The notes beneath the pieces were generated by a model that saw only the letters and a program-made list of their open reading frames with translations, was not told where the DNA came from and searched no databases. Both the position numbers and the translations under genes were made by a program. DNA of 64,000 nucleotides from Heptranchias perlo (Eukaryota). Each line of letters opens with the position of its first letter. Positions within the stretch are counted from its first letter, which is position 1. The stretch covers positions 62,001-126,000 of the forward strand of contig NW_027139215.1 in NCBI RefSeq assembly GCF_035084215.1. Direction: 5' to 3'. Shown piece by piece: positions 1-10,800 of the stretch.

Positions 1-812
1 CCCGTTCACCGGGTCGGGCGTCCTGGGTGCCGGGGTGGGCGAGGCCGAAGAGGCCGGATTCGTCTGCCCCCGGCTCGACCTCTCCCAGGACCTGCTCGAC
101 CTGGTGGCGGGGTTTAATAAAAACATCTCACGGGCCGGGTCGGTCGGTGGCGACGTGGGTGGGGGGACCCCCTCCTCCCAGTATCTGGGCACGGAGCCGG
201 GGGAGGTGGGAGAACTGGAGTATACGTTCTCCCCCGTTTCCCCGGTTTGCCCCTATATCCGGGTGCCTGTTTTTCACCGCCCGGAGGATGGGGAGGGTCC
301 CCGCCCGGCGCCGCCCTCTGACCCAGAGCCCCCGGTAGAGCCCGGGGGGGGACTCCTCTGCCGACGATCCTGGGGGTGGGATCGTGGCGGAGGCGGGGCC
401 GGCCGGCGTGGCCGTCTCGTTCTCCGCGCTTTGTGCGGGGAGTGGGTCGGCCGCGGGCGACGATGATCCGGAGGAGGACGGGGACTCGGTGGTGGGCACT
501 GGGGAGGATTTGGAGTTCGCCACCAGTGAGGTGGTGGACGCCCTCGTGCCCGGCACCGAGTCTCCCCTCATCCCCGTTGAGGAACTCCTGGATTTTGTGT
601 CCGTTTGGAGCCATCGTCGCGATGGCGTCCGGCTGGCCCTCGACCGTTGGTCGGAGCCAGCGCAATTAATCTGCTCGGTCCGGGCCGCCGTCGCGTCCGT
701 GGCCGCGGAGGAGGGCGGCGGCAGGGTCGGGTTGCGCCGGCTCAGGTTTCTCCTCACCGGGCTCTTGAGCGAGTGGCGGTCGACTAGCGGCCCCGCTCCC
801 TCCGCGCATTAG
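1..812 (+). pseudogene. Tx1 ORF1 C-terminal part, +1 frameshift in a G run near 344-351
   Basis: ORFs 35..466 and 384..812 each match part of the intact ORF1 5802..7844; G8 here versus G7 in copy 3 (could be a homopolymer sequencing error). Confidence 0.85.
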
Positions 813-841
813 GTTTAAGTAGGTTGCGCTGTGCTCTTGCC

Positions 842-3800
842 ATGGAGATAACCATAGCCAGCCTCAACATCAACGGCGGCAGAGACGCCCGCCGTAGATT
901 TGACAAGTTCTCGGTCCTTCGGGACGGGAAGTATGCGGTGTGCTTTCTGCAGGAAACCCACACCGTTCCGGGAGACGAGGCCACGTGGATCCTGGAATGG
1001 GGAGGGGGGGTCTACTTGAGTCACCTCGCCAGCGTTTCGAGCGGGGTGGCCATCTTGTTGGCCCCGACTTTTCAGCCGGAGATCTTGGGGGTCAAGGAGC
1101 CGGTGCCGGGCCGCTTGCTCCACGTAGCCCTTCGCCACGGGGATGTGCCGCTTCACCTGGTGAACGTGTACGCCCCCTGGTCCGAGGGCGAGCAAGTGAG
1201 CTTCTTTGAAGAAGTGTCTACTTACCTAAACTCCGTCGACGCCGGCGAGTGCATTATCCTCGGGGGGGATTTTAACCGTACCCTCGAGGCGAGGGACCGC
1301 TCCGGTCCCGCGCGTGCCCGAACGGCGACGGAGAAGTTGAGGGACCTGGTCGGGTCCTTCGACTTGGTGGACGTCTGGCGGAATCTCCATCCCGACTCCG
1401 GCCAGTTCACCTTTGTGAGGGCCGGAGGGGGGAGCACCAGAATCGACCGCCTGTACGTTTCGCGGGCGTACGCCTCCTGCGTCCCGTCGGCCTCCATCCG
1501 GCCGGTGTCGTGCTCGGACCACCACCTGGTGTGGATGGAGCTCGCTCTGCTCCGCGCCCGGTCGGGGTCCGCGTACTGGCACTATAACAACCGGCTGCTG
1601 GAGGACGCGCGGTTCCGGGACTCGTTCCGTCTGTTCTGGAGCGACTGGAGAGGGAAGCGGGGAGGCTTCTCCTCCTTGAGGCTATGGTGGGACGTGGGCA
1701 AGGCTCACGTCCGCCTCTTCTGTCAAGAGTACGCGAGGGGGTCGACTAAGAGGCGGGAGTCCGAGGTCAGGCGGTTGGAGCAGGAGGTGCTTGGCCTGGA
1801 GTCCCGTCTCGGTCAGGCCGCCGAGGATCCGGCCCTGCGGCAGGTGTACGAGGAGAGGAAGGACGCTCTGAGGGACCTGCAACTGGTCGGGTCCCGAGGA
1901 GCGTACGTGAGGTCGCGGCTCCAGCTCCTGCGGGACCTGGACCGCGGCTCTCCCTTCTTCTACTCGCTGGAAAAGCGGCGGGGGGCTCGTAAGCAGCTCC
2001 TTACGCTGCTGGCCGACGACGGGTCCCTCGTCTCGGACCCGGAGGGAGTCAGGGCCCGGGCTCGATCTTTCTACGAGGCTCTGTTCTCTCCGGATCCGTC
2101 CAGCGAGGAGGCGCGCAGAGTTTTGTGGGAGGACTTGCCGAAGGTCGGCCCGGAGGACGCCGAGCGTCTGGACGCTCCGCTCAGTTTGGCGGAGCTGACC
2201 GGCGCCCTCCACCAGCTCTCCAGGGGCAAGTCCCCGGGGCTGGACGGGCTGACCGTGGAGTTCCTCAGGGCCTTCTGGGACGTCCTGGGGGGCGACTACG
2301 CGCGGGTCCTGGGGGAATGTCTGGCGACCGGGGAGATGCCCCTTTCGTGGCGCAGGGCGGTCGTGGTCCTGCTGCCTAAGAAGGGGGATCTCCGCAACCT
2401 TAAAAACTGGCGCCCGGTCTCCCTCCTCAGCACGGATTATAAGGTCTTCGCCAGGGCGATGTCTGCTCGCCTCGGCACCGTGCTGGACCACATGATCCAC
2501 CCCGACCAGTCCTACACGGTCCCGGGCCGGACGATCCACGATAACATCCACCTGGTCCGGGACCTGATCCACCACTCCCAGAGGGCTGGTCTGTCGGTCG
2601 CCTTCCTTTCCTTGGATCAGGAGAAGTCGTTCGACAGGGTGGATCACGAGTATCTATTCGGGACTCTGCGCGCTTTCGGATTCGGGTCGCATTTCGTCGC
2701 CCGGATCCGACTTCTGTACGCCGCCGCGGAGTGTCTGATTAAGGTTAACGGATCCTTGACGGCGCCCCTTCGCTTCGGGAGAGGAGTGCGTCAGGGGTGC
2801 CCCATGTCCGGCCAATTATATACCATCTGCGTAGAGCCTTTCCTTCACCTCTTGCGAAAGAGGCTGTCGGGACTGGCTCTGCTCGAGCCGGGCGTGGAGG
2901 TCGTCCTTTCGGCTTACGCCGACGACGTGCTCCTCATGGTCACCGATCCCCTTGACTTGCGGAGAATGCGCGAGTGCCAAGAGGTCTACTCTGCCGCGTC
3001 CTCCGCAAGAATCAACTGGGAGAAATGTTCCGGACTCCTGGTGGGTCAGTGGCGGGTGGACTCCATGCCGGAGGAGCTCAGGGCTTTCGCCTGGAGTACC
3101 ACGCACCTCCGGTACCTGGGAGTCTACCTCGGCCCTGCCGAGGAAGCCTGGCCGGCGAACTGGGTAGAGCTGGAGGCCAAAGTCGCCGCTCGCCTGGCGC
3201 GCTGGACAGGACTGCTCCGAGTGTTATCCTACAGGGGTCGAGTGCTGGTCATAAACCAGCTGGTGGCCGCCATGTTGTGGTACCGGTTGGTTCCTTTGAC
3301 CCCCCCCCCTGATTTTGTCGCCAAGATTCAGAGGAAGTTCGTCGACTTCTTCTGGGCCAAAGGGATGCACTGGGTCGCTGCCGCGGTCCTGAGTCTCCCG
3401 CTTAGGGAGGGCGGTCAGGGGCTGGTGTGCGTCCGCACCCAGGTGGCAACTTTCCGCCTTCGGATGCTGCAGCGATACCTGTACGCGGAGCGTCCTCTTA
3501 GATGGCGTGCGCTGGCGACGTATTTTTTCCGCCAGCTGCACGGCCTGAACTACGACACGCAGCTCCTGTTCGTCTCGCTGCTGGGCGGCCGCACGTCTTT
3601 GCGGGAGCTGCCTGTCTTTTACCAGGATCTGCTCAGGGTCTGGACCATGGTCGCCTCCAGCCGGAGCTCTCGCCCGTCGGGGGTAGCGGCCGTCGTGCAG
3701 GAGCCGCTGCTCGGGAATCCGTTCCTCCGCGATGTCGGCTTCAGCCGCTCGTGGCTGACGGAGCGGAGGGCTGTGGCCGGTCGGGTAACCAGAGTCAGGG

Positions 3801-4747
3801 ACGTCCTGGATGGCGGAGGGTCGGGTTGGCTCGAGCCGTGGGCGCTCGCCGCTCGCATGTCCTCGTGGCGTGCCGGGGACGCGGCCGCCGCCATCCAGGC
3901 GTTGAAATCGGCGCTCGGCCCTGACTCCACTCGGGGTGTGGAGGCGGCTCAGGCGTGCGGAGCCATCCCGTCCGACCTGACCCCCGTTCGGACGGAATTC
4001 CTCCTCGGCGCCAAACCCCGGAACCTCCCTCGGAGGGCCGCGCCTCACAACTTGAGCCGTCTCTCGGAAATTCCCTCCGTGCCGTTTCACACCGCGCGGA
4101 GGGATTTCCTGTACGGGCTGCTCCTGCACACCATCCACTTCCTCGCCCTCGTCTCTCGCCCGGACACGCCCTGGCGTACCATCCTGCCGTCCGGCGGAGA
4201 CGGGGGTCCCCAGTGGGAGGCTCTCTATACGGGGGTCCTCCCGTGTTACTTTGGGGATCTGGGGTGGAGAGTGTTGCACGGAGCAGTCCCGTGCAACAGG
4301 CGTTTACGCCATTTTACGGACACCCAGGCCGCTTGCATTTTCTGCGGCCTGGAGGAGTCCGTTTTTCATTTGTACACTGGGTGTGCGAGACTGCAGCCCC
4401 TGTTCCATTATTTGGAGGGGCTGCTCCTCAAGTTCTGGCTGCACTTCAGTCCCACGCTCCTGATCTTTGGCCGCCCGGTGAGGAGGGGGGCGGGCAGGTC
4501 GGTGGACGTCCTCGTGGGCCTGCTCCTGGGCCTGTCCAAGGTGGCTATCCACAGGTCCAGGATGCTCGCGGTCCGCGGGGGTGGGCGCTCGGCCTGTCTG
4601 CCTCTCTTTCGCGGGTTGCTCCGCGCCCGGGTGGCCCTGGAGATGGAGCACGCGGTGTCTGCCGGTACGCTTGAGGCTTTCCGCGACCGGTGGGCACCGC
4701 AGGGGCTGGAGTGCATCCTGAACGAGGATAATAAAATTTTGATTTGA
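842..4747 (+). CDS. Tx1 ORF2 polyprotein (APE endonuclease, reverse transcriptase, C-terminal Cys/His motif), intact, 1301 aa from ATG 842
   Basis: APE motifs SLNINGG, FLQETH, GDFN, SDH; RT motifs KSPGLDG, WRPVSLL, LDQEKSFD, GVRQGCP, YADD; C-terminal CIFC..ESVFHLYTGC. Confidence 0.95.
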   Translation: MEITIASLNINGGRDARRRFDKFSVLRDGKYAVCFLQETHTVPGDEATWILEWGGGVYLSHLASVSSGVAILLAPTFQPEILGVKEPVPGRLLHVALRHGDVPLHLVNVYAPWSEGEQVSFFEEVSTYLNSVDAGECIILGGDFNRTLEARDRSGPARARTATEKLRDLVGSFDLVDVWRNLHPDSGQFTFVRAGGGSTRIDRLYVSRAYASCVPSASIRPVSCSDHHLVWMELALLRARSGSAYWHYNNRLLEDARFRDSFRLFWSDWRGKRGGFSSLRLWWDVGKAHVRLFCQEYARGSTKRRESEVRRLEQEVLGLESRLGQAAEDPALRQVYEERKDALRDLQLVGSRGAYVRSRLQLLRDLDRGSPFFYSLEKRRGARKQLLTLLADDGSLVSDPEGVRARARSFYEALFSPDPSSEEARRVLWEDLPKVGPEDAERLDAPLSLAELTGALHQLSRGKSPGLDGLTVEFLRAFWDVLGGDYARVLGECLATGEMPLSWRRAVVVLLPKKGDLRNLKNWRPVSLLSTDYKVFARAMSARLGTVLDHMIHPDQSYTVPGRTIHDNIHLVRDLIHHSQRAGLSVAFLSLDQEKSFDRVDHEYLFGTLRAFGFGSHFVARIRLLYAAAECLIKVNGSLTAPLRFGRGVRQGCPMSGQLYTICVEPFLHLLRKRLSGLALLEPGVEVVLSAYADDVLLMVTDPLDLRRMRECQEVYSAASSARINWEKCSGLLVGQWRVDSMPEELRAFAWSTTHLRYLGVYLGPAEEAWPANWVELEAKVAARLARWTGLLRVLSYRGRVLVINQLVAAMLWYRLVPLTPPPDFVAKIQRKFVDFFWAKGMHWVAAAVLSLPLREGGQGLVCVRTQVATFRLRMLQRYLYAERPLRWRALATYFFRQLHGLNYDTQLLFVSLLGGRTSLRELPVFYQDLLRVWTMVASSRSSRPSGVAAVVQEPLLGNPFLRDVGFSRSWLTERRAVAGRVTRVRDVLDGGGSGWLEPWALAARMSSWRAGDAAAAIQALKSALGPDSTRGVEAAQACGAIPSDLTPVRTEFLLGAKPRNLPRRAAPHNLSRLSEIPSVPFHTARRDFLYGLLLHTIHFLALVSRPDTPWRTILPSGGDGGPQWEALYTGVLPCYFGDLGWRVLHGAVPCNRRLRHFTDTQAACIFCGLEESVFHLYTGCARLQPLFHYLEGLLLKFWLHFSPTLLIFGRPVRRGAGRSVDVLVGLLLGLSKVAIHRSRMLAVRGGGRSACLPLFRGLLRARVALEMEHAVSAGTLEAFRDRWAPQGLECILNEDNKILI

Positions 4748-4924
4748 ACTCTTGGTTTTGGTTTGTTTGGTTTTTAGTTGTTAAGCACGCCCCACACCCC
4801 CCCTTCTTATAAAAGGGGGGCCTAATTAGAGAAGAAAAAAGAAAGAGAAAAAAAAAAGAAAAAAAGAAAAAAAAAAAAAGAAAAAAAGAAAAAAAAAAAG
4901 TTGTGGAACTATTTTTTTCTGATC

Positions 4925-5101
4925 CAAGCTCTTGTATTTCTACTACTGGGACAGCCTGCATTTAAACCAGGAATGGACAGCACCAATGATGATTGACAAT
5001 CCCTGATAGCCAATCAGGAATCTTCCCTGAATCCAGGCACCAATTAACAAAGGACAGGGCTCTGGTGGAGAGATTGATATCCAGAGCCAATCAGAGCTTT
5101 G
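4925..5101 (-). promoter_or_regulatory. Inverted ferritin-promoter-like module at the Tx1 5' end (4 CCAAT boxes, TGATTGACA motif, eroded TATA)
   Basis: CCAAT at 4983, 5010, 5040, 5087; TGATTGACA 4990-4998; colinear blocks shared with ferritin promoters at 22003-22180 and 29445-29585. Confidence 0.65.
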
Positions 5102-5801
5102 CAATACAGACCAGCAAGGCCTTGGAGGTGTTTGTGGCTGGACTGCCACTGAGTGGAGTGGAGAGCAGAGAGAGCAGGCCCTTGCCTGGGTCCCTTGGGG
5201 AGAAGGAGAAGGAGAAGGAGAAAGAAGGAGAAACCACCATCAACAAGGAGGGAGGGAGAAGGAGAAAAAGAGCACCAACCAGTGGGAGGAAGAGGTGGTC
5301 GGTGCAGTGAGGTGTGTCGGCTGAAGGTAGGGGGAGGAAGAAGACTTCAGAGGACAGGGGTCCCCCCCAAGTGTCTGGCCCGGGACAGCTGGAGCTGCCT
5401 GGGTGAAGTTACTTTCTTTTTTAAATCTTTGGAGGACTGAGCCTAGGCAGCTCCAGCTGTCTAGGGGAAGACATCTCCTCCCCCTGCCCACCGGAAGACA
5501 GGCAGAAGAGGATCCACCTTTTAAGGTGCAACCGGCCCCTCTTCCACCCACTTCTGCAGCAGCCTACCCCTGCAGACTCCCTCCTTCCCATTCTGCCATC
5601 CATCCCTCCCACCTTCTCCTGCTCTCTGGGATATTCCCTTGCTCTCCGGGGTATTCTGGGAATATATAAAAACAACAAAGGGGCCCTCTCCCAACCAAGC
5701 ACTGGGATTCGGGGAGAGAGGTATCCTCAAGAATTCTTTTAAAAAAAGGCCAATTTCCATCCAAAGGCCTGAGACTTGGGGTGGGTGTGGCTCTTTAGGT
5801 C

Positions 5802-7844
5802 ATGGCTTCACCATCTTCGCCGGTGCCGGGACCCAGCAGGACGTATGCGGCGGTTACCTCGGGGGCCGCTCCTACAGTTCGTGCCGCTCCTGCTGGGCCG
5901 GCGCCTTTCCGCCTCATTACGAGGAAGCATGGGGTGAAGAGCTACGCCCACCCCAACATGACCATTGAGGCCTGCGTAAAGGCCATGGCCGAGGTTGTCG
6001 GCCCCTCGGCCATCGTCGCGGCCTCAAAAATGTACGGGAGGGCGGTGTTCTTCCTGAGGTCCGAGCGGGCGGTGTCCCTGGCCCTTAGTAAGGGGCTCAC
6101 GGTTGGCGGGACCTTCCTGCCGGTGGACCCGCTGGAGGCCACCGCGCAGCGAGTCATTTTATCTAACGTTCCGCCTTTCCTGTCGGACGAGCTCCTCCTC
6201 CCCCACCTACGTCAACTGGGGGAGGTGAGGTCGGGGGTAACGCCGCTGCCGCTCGGACTCAGGGAGAACAGCCTCCGGCATGTTTACTCCTTCCGTCGCC
6301 AGGCATTCGTCAAGCTGGCACGGGAGGAGGTTACGGAGGGGGGCTTTAACGCCCTCCACGAGGGGACCCCTTACCGCGTCTTTTGGACGGCAGAGGGTGG
6401 GCGGTGCCATGCCTGTAAGGAGGTGGGGCACCTGAAGAGGAACTGCCCTGCCTCTCAGGCCGCCAAAACAGCTACGGCGGCCGGGGCTGGCGCCGCCACC
6501 GCTCCTCCCCCCAACCCCGCCCCCGCGTCGGGAGAGTCAACTGCGCGGGTGGAGGTTGGCGTCGAGGCCTCCGCCAGGGGGGAGGAGGGGAACCCTCGCC
6601 AGAGAAAGGCGCGGAGAAAGAGGAAGAATTTAGAGGCTGGTCCCCGGGACAGAGAAGATCTGAGTCAGCCCGAGGCCGTGACCGCGGCCAGTCAACATCT
6701 CGCGGTCGCGACAGAGCCCGGGCTGGCGGGTGATCAGGAGGGAGCGGAGGCGGGGGTCCCAGCAGACATGGAGTTCCCCCTCCCTCCGCGACCCCCCGGG
6801 AAGAAAAAGAGGCGCCACTCCCCGGAAGCGAACGGGCTCCCTGCTAAGGGACGGCCCCCCGTGGAAGGGGAGTCGGTGCCGGTCGCGGATCCTGCGGCCC
6901 CGCCCGTGACATCCGAACAGCGGCGGGGGTCATCCACCTCTCGGGGGGAGGAGATCGTGCCCGTGCCTCCCGGGGGGGATGGAGAGACCCCGCCGATAGG
7001 GGGGGTCGCGGATCCGCATTTACCCGATACCACCCTGTTCACCGGGTCGGGCGTCCTGGGTGTCGGGGTGGGCGAGGCCGTTGCGGCCAAATTCGTCTGC
7101 CCCCGGCTCGACCTCTCCCAGGACCTGCTCGACCTGGTGGTGGGTTTTAACCAGAATATCTCACCGGCCGGGTCGGTCGGTGGCGACGTGGGTGGGGGGA
7201 CCCCCTCCTCTCAGTCTCTGGGCTCGGAGCCGGGGGAGGTGGGAGAACTGGAGTACACGTTCTCCCCGGTTTCCCCGGGTTCCCCTTATATCCGGGTGCC
7301 GGTTTTTCACCGCTCGGAGGCTGGGGAGGGTCCCCGCCCGGCGCCGCCCTCTGACCCGGACCCCCCGGTGGAGCCCGGGGAGGACTCCTCTGCCGACGAT
7401 CCTGGGGGTGGGATCGTGACAGAGGCGGGGCTGGCCGGCGCGGCCGTCTCGTTCTCCGCGCTTTGTGCGGGGAGCGGGTCGGCCGCGGGCGACGATGACC
7501 CGGAGGAGGACGGGGACTCGGTGGTGGGCACTGGGGAGGATTTGGAGTTCGCCGCCAGTGAGGTGGTGGACGCCCTCGTGCCCTGCAACGAGTCTCCCCT
7601 CATCCCCGTTGAGGAACTCCGGGATTTTGCGTCCGGTTGGAGCCGTCGTCGCGATGGCGTCCGGCTGGCCCTCGACCGTTGGTCGGAGCCGGCGCAGTTA
7701 ATCCGCTCGGTCCTGGCCGCCGTCGCGTCCGTGGCCGCAGAAGGGGACGACGGCGGGGTCGGGCTGCGTCGGCTCAGATCCCTCCTCACCGGGCTCTTGA
7801 GGGAGTGGCGGTCGACTAGCGGCCCCGCTCCCTCCACGCGTTAG
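5802..7844 (+). CDS. Tx1 ORF1 protein (nucleic-acid binding, CCHC zinc knuckle), intact, 680 aa
   Basis: CHACKEVGHLKRNC knuckle, RRM-like N-terminus, basic patches; lies directly upstream of ORF2. Confidence 0.9.
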   Translation: MASPSSPVPGPSRTYAAVTSGAAPTVRAAPAGPAPFRLITRKHGVKSYAHPNMTIEACVKAMAEVVGPSAIVAASKMYGRAVFFLRSERAVSLALSKGLTVGGTFLPVDPLEATAQRVILSNVPPFLSDELLLPHLRQLGEVRSGVTPLPLGLRENSLRHVYSFRRQAFVKLAREEVTEGGFNALHEGTPYRVFWTAEGGRCHACKEVGHLKRNCPASQAAKTATAAGAGAATAPPPNPAPASGESTARVEVGVEASARGEEGNPRQRKARRKRKNLEAGPRDREDLSQPEAVTAASQHLAVATEPGLAGDQEGAEAGVPADMEFPLPPRPPGKKKRRHSPEANGLPAKGRPPVEGESVPVADPAAPPVTSEQRRGSSTSRGEEIVPVPPGGDGETPPIGGVADPHLPDTTLFTGSGVLGVGVGEAVAAKFVCPRLDLSQDLLDLVVGFNQNISPAGSVGGDVGGGTPSSQSLGSEPGEVGELEYTFSPVSPGSPYIRVPVFHRSEAGEGPRPAPPSDPDPPVEPGEDSSADDPGGGIVTEAGLAGAAVSFSALCAGSGSAAGDDDPEEDGDSVVGTGEDLEFAASEVVDALVPCNESPLIPVEELRDFASGWSRRRDGVRLALDRWSEPAQLIRSVLAAVASVAAEGDDGGVGLRRLRSLLTGLLREWRSTSGPAPSTR

Positions 7845-7873
7845 GTTTAAGTAGGTTGCGCTGTGCTCTTGCC

Positions 7874-10800
7874 ATGGAGATAACCATAGCCAGCCTCAAC
7901 ATCAACGGCGGCAGAGACGCCCGCCGTAGATTTGACAAGTTCTCGGTCCTGCGGGACGGGAAGTATGCGGTGTGCTTTCTGCAGGAAACCCACACCGTTC
8001 CGGGAGACGAGGCCACGTGGATCCTGGAATGGGGAGGGGGGGTCTACTTGAGTCACCTCGCCAGCGTTTCGAGCGGGGTGGCCATCTTGTTGGCCCCGAC
8101 TTTTCAGCCGGAGATCTTGGGGGTCAAGGAGCCGGTGCCGGGCCGCTTGCTCCACGTAGCCCTTCGCCACGGGGACGTGCCGCTTCACCTGGTGAACGTG
8201 TACGCCCCCTGGTCCGAGGGCGAGCAAGTGAGCTTCTTTGAAGAAGTGTCCACTTACCTAAACTCCGTCGACGCCGGCGAGTGCATTATCCTCGGGGGGG
8301 ATTTTAACCGTACCCTCGAGGCGAGGGACCGCTCCGGTCCCGCGCGTGCCCGAACGGCGACGGAGAAGTTGAGGGACCTGGTCGGGTCCTTCGACTTGGT
8401 GGACGTCTGGCGGAATCTCCATCCCGACTCCGGCCAGTTCACCTTTGTGAGGGCTGCAGGAGGGAGCACCAGAATCGACCGCCTGTACGTTTCGCGGGCG
8501 TACGCCTCCTGCGTCCCGTCGGCCTCCATCCGGCCGGTGTCGTGCTCGGACCACCACCTGGTGTGGATGGAGCTCGCTCTGCTCCGCGCCCGGTCGGGGT
8601 CCGCGTACTGGCACTTTAACAACCGGCTGCTGGAGGACGCGCGGTTCCGGGACTCGTTCCGTCTGTTCTGGAGCGACTGGAGAGGGAAGCGGGGAGGCTT
8701 CTCCTCCTTGAGGCTATGGTGGGAGGTGGGCAAGGCTCACGTCCGCCTCTTCTGTCAAGAGTACGCGAGGGGGTCGACTAAGAGGCGGGAGTCCGAGGTC
8801 AGGCGGTTGGAGCAGGAGGTGCTTGGCCTGGAGTCCCGTCTCGGTCAGGCCGCCGAGGATCCGGCCCTGCGGCAGGTGTACGAAGAGAGGAAGGACGCTC
8901 TGAGGGACCTGCAACTGGTCGGGTCCCGAGGAGCGTACGTGAGGTCGCGGCTCCAGCTCCTGCGGGACCTGGACCGCGGCTCTCCCTTCTTCTACTCGCT
9001 GGAAAAGCGGCGGGGGGCTCGTAAGCAGCTCCTTACGCTGCTGGCCGACGACGGGTCCCTCGTCTCGGACCCGGAGGGAGTCAGGGCCCGGGCTCGATCT
9101 TTCTACGAGGCTCTGTTCTCTCCGGATCCGTCCAGCGAGGAGGCGCGCAGAGTTTTGTGGGAGGACTTGCCGAAGGTCGGCCCGGAGGACGCCGAGCGTC
9201 TGGACGCTCCGCTCAGTTTGGCGGAGCTGACCGGCGCCCTCCACCCCAGCTCTCCAGGGGCAAGTCCCCGGGGCTGGACGGGCTGACCGTGGAGTTCCTC
9301 AGGGCCTTCTGGGACGTCCTGGGGGGCGACTACGCGCGGGTCCTGGGGGAATGTCTGGCGACCGGGGAGATGCCCCTTTCGTGGCGCAGGGCGGTCGTGG
9401 TCCTGCTGCCTAAGAAGGGGGATCTCCGCAACCTTAAAAACTGGCGCCCGGTCTCCCTCCTCAGCACGGATTATAAGGTCTTCGCCAGGGCGATGTCTGC
9501 TCGCCTCGGCACCGTGCTGGACCACATGATCCACCCCGACCAGTCCTACACGGTCCCGGGCCGGAAGATCCACGATAACATCCACCTGGTCCGGGACCTG
9601 ATCCACCACTCCCAGAGGGCTGGTCTGTCGGTCGCCTTCCTTTCCTTAGATCAGGAGAAGGCGTTCGACAGGGTGGATCACGAGTATCTATTCAGGACTC
9701 TGCGCGCTTTCGGATTCGGGTCGCATTTCGTCGCCCGGATCCGACTTCTGTACGCCGCCGCGGAGTGTCTGATTAAGGTTAACGGATCCTTGACGGCGCC
9801 CCTTCGCTTCGGGAGAGGAGTGCGTCAGGGGTGCCCCATGTCCGGCCAATTATATACCATCTGCGTAGAGCCTTTCCTGCACCTCTTGCGAAAGAGGCTG
9901 TCGGGACTGGCTCTGCGCGAGCCGGACGTGGAGGTCGTCCTTTCGGCTTACGCCGACGACGTGCTCCTCATGGTCACCGATCCCCTTGACTTGCGGAGAA
10001 TGCGCGAGTGCCAAGAGGTCTACTCTGCCGCGTCCTCCGCAAGAATCAACTGGGAGAAATGTTCCGGACTCCTGGTGGGTCAGTGGCGGGTGGACTCCAT
10101 GCCGGAGGAGCTCAGGGCTTTCGCCTGGAGTACCACGCACCTCCGGTACCTGGGAGTCTACCTCGGCCCTGTCGAGGAAGCCTGGCCGGCGAACTGGGTA
10201 GAGCTGGAGGCCAAAGTCACCGCTCGCCTGGCGCGCTGGACAGGACTGCTCCGAGTGTTATCCTACAGGGGTCGAGTGCTGGTCATAAACCAGCTGGTGG
10301 CCGCCATGTTGTGGTACCGGTTGGTTCCTTTGACCCCCCCCCCTGATTTTGTCGCCAAGATTCAGAGGAAGTTCGTCGACTTCTTCTGGGCCAAAGGGAT
10401 GCACTGGGTCGCTGCCGCGGTCCTGAGTCTCCCGCTTAGGGAGGGCGGTCAGGGGCTGGTGTGCGTCCGCACCCAGGTGGCAACTTTCCGCCTTCGGATG
10501 CTGCAGCGATACCTGTACGTTGAGCGTCCTCTTAGATGGCGTGCGCTGGCGACGTATTTTTTCCGCCAGCTGCACGGCCTGAACTACGACACGCAGCTCC
10601 TGTTCGTCTCGCTGCTGGGCGGCCGCACGTCTTTGCAGGAGCTGCCTGTCTTGTACCAGGATCTGCTCAGGGTCTGGACCATGGTTGCCTCCAGCCGGAG
10701 CTCTCGCCCGTCGGGGGTAGCGGCCGTCCTGCAGGAGCCGCTGCTCGGGAATCCGTTCCTCCGCGATGTCGGCTTCAGCCGCTCGTGGCTGACGGAGCGG

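Larger units (their letters stand above)
1..4899 (+). mobile_element. Tx1-clade non-LTR retrotransposon, array copy 1 (5' part outside window)
   Basis: ORF1 C-terminus, intact ORF2, short T-rich 3' UTR, C-run/TTCTTATAAAA/G-run hairpin at 4797-4820 and interrupted poly(A) to 4899; near-identical to copies 2 and 3. Confidence 0.95.

Noticed and set aside
4797-4820. 3' hairpin as a histone stem-loop or intrinsic terminator
   Set aside because: Does not match the histone stem-loop consensus and is followed by a retrotransposon A tail; treated as the element's 3' structure.
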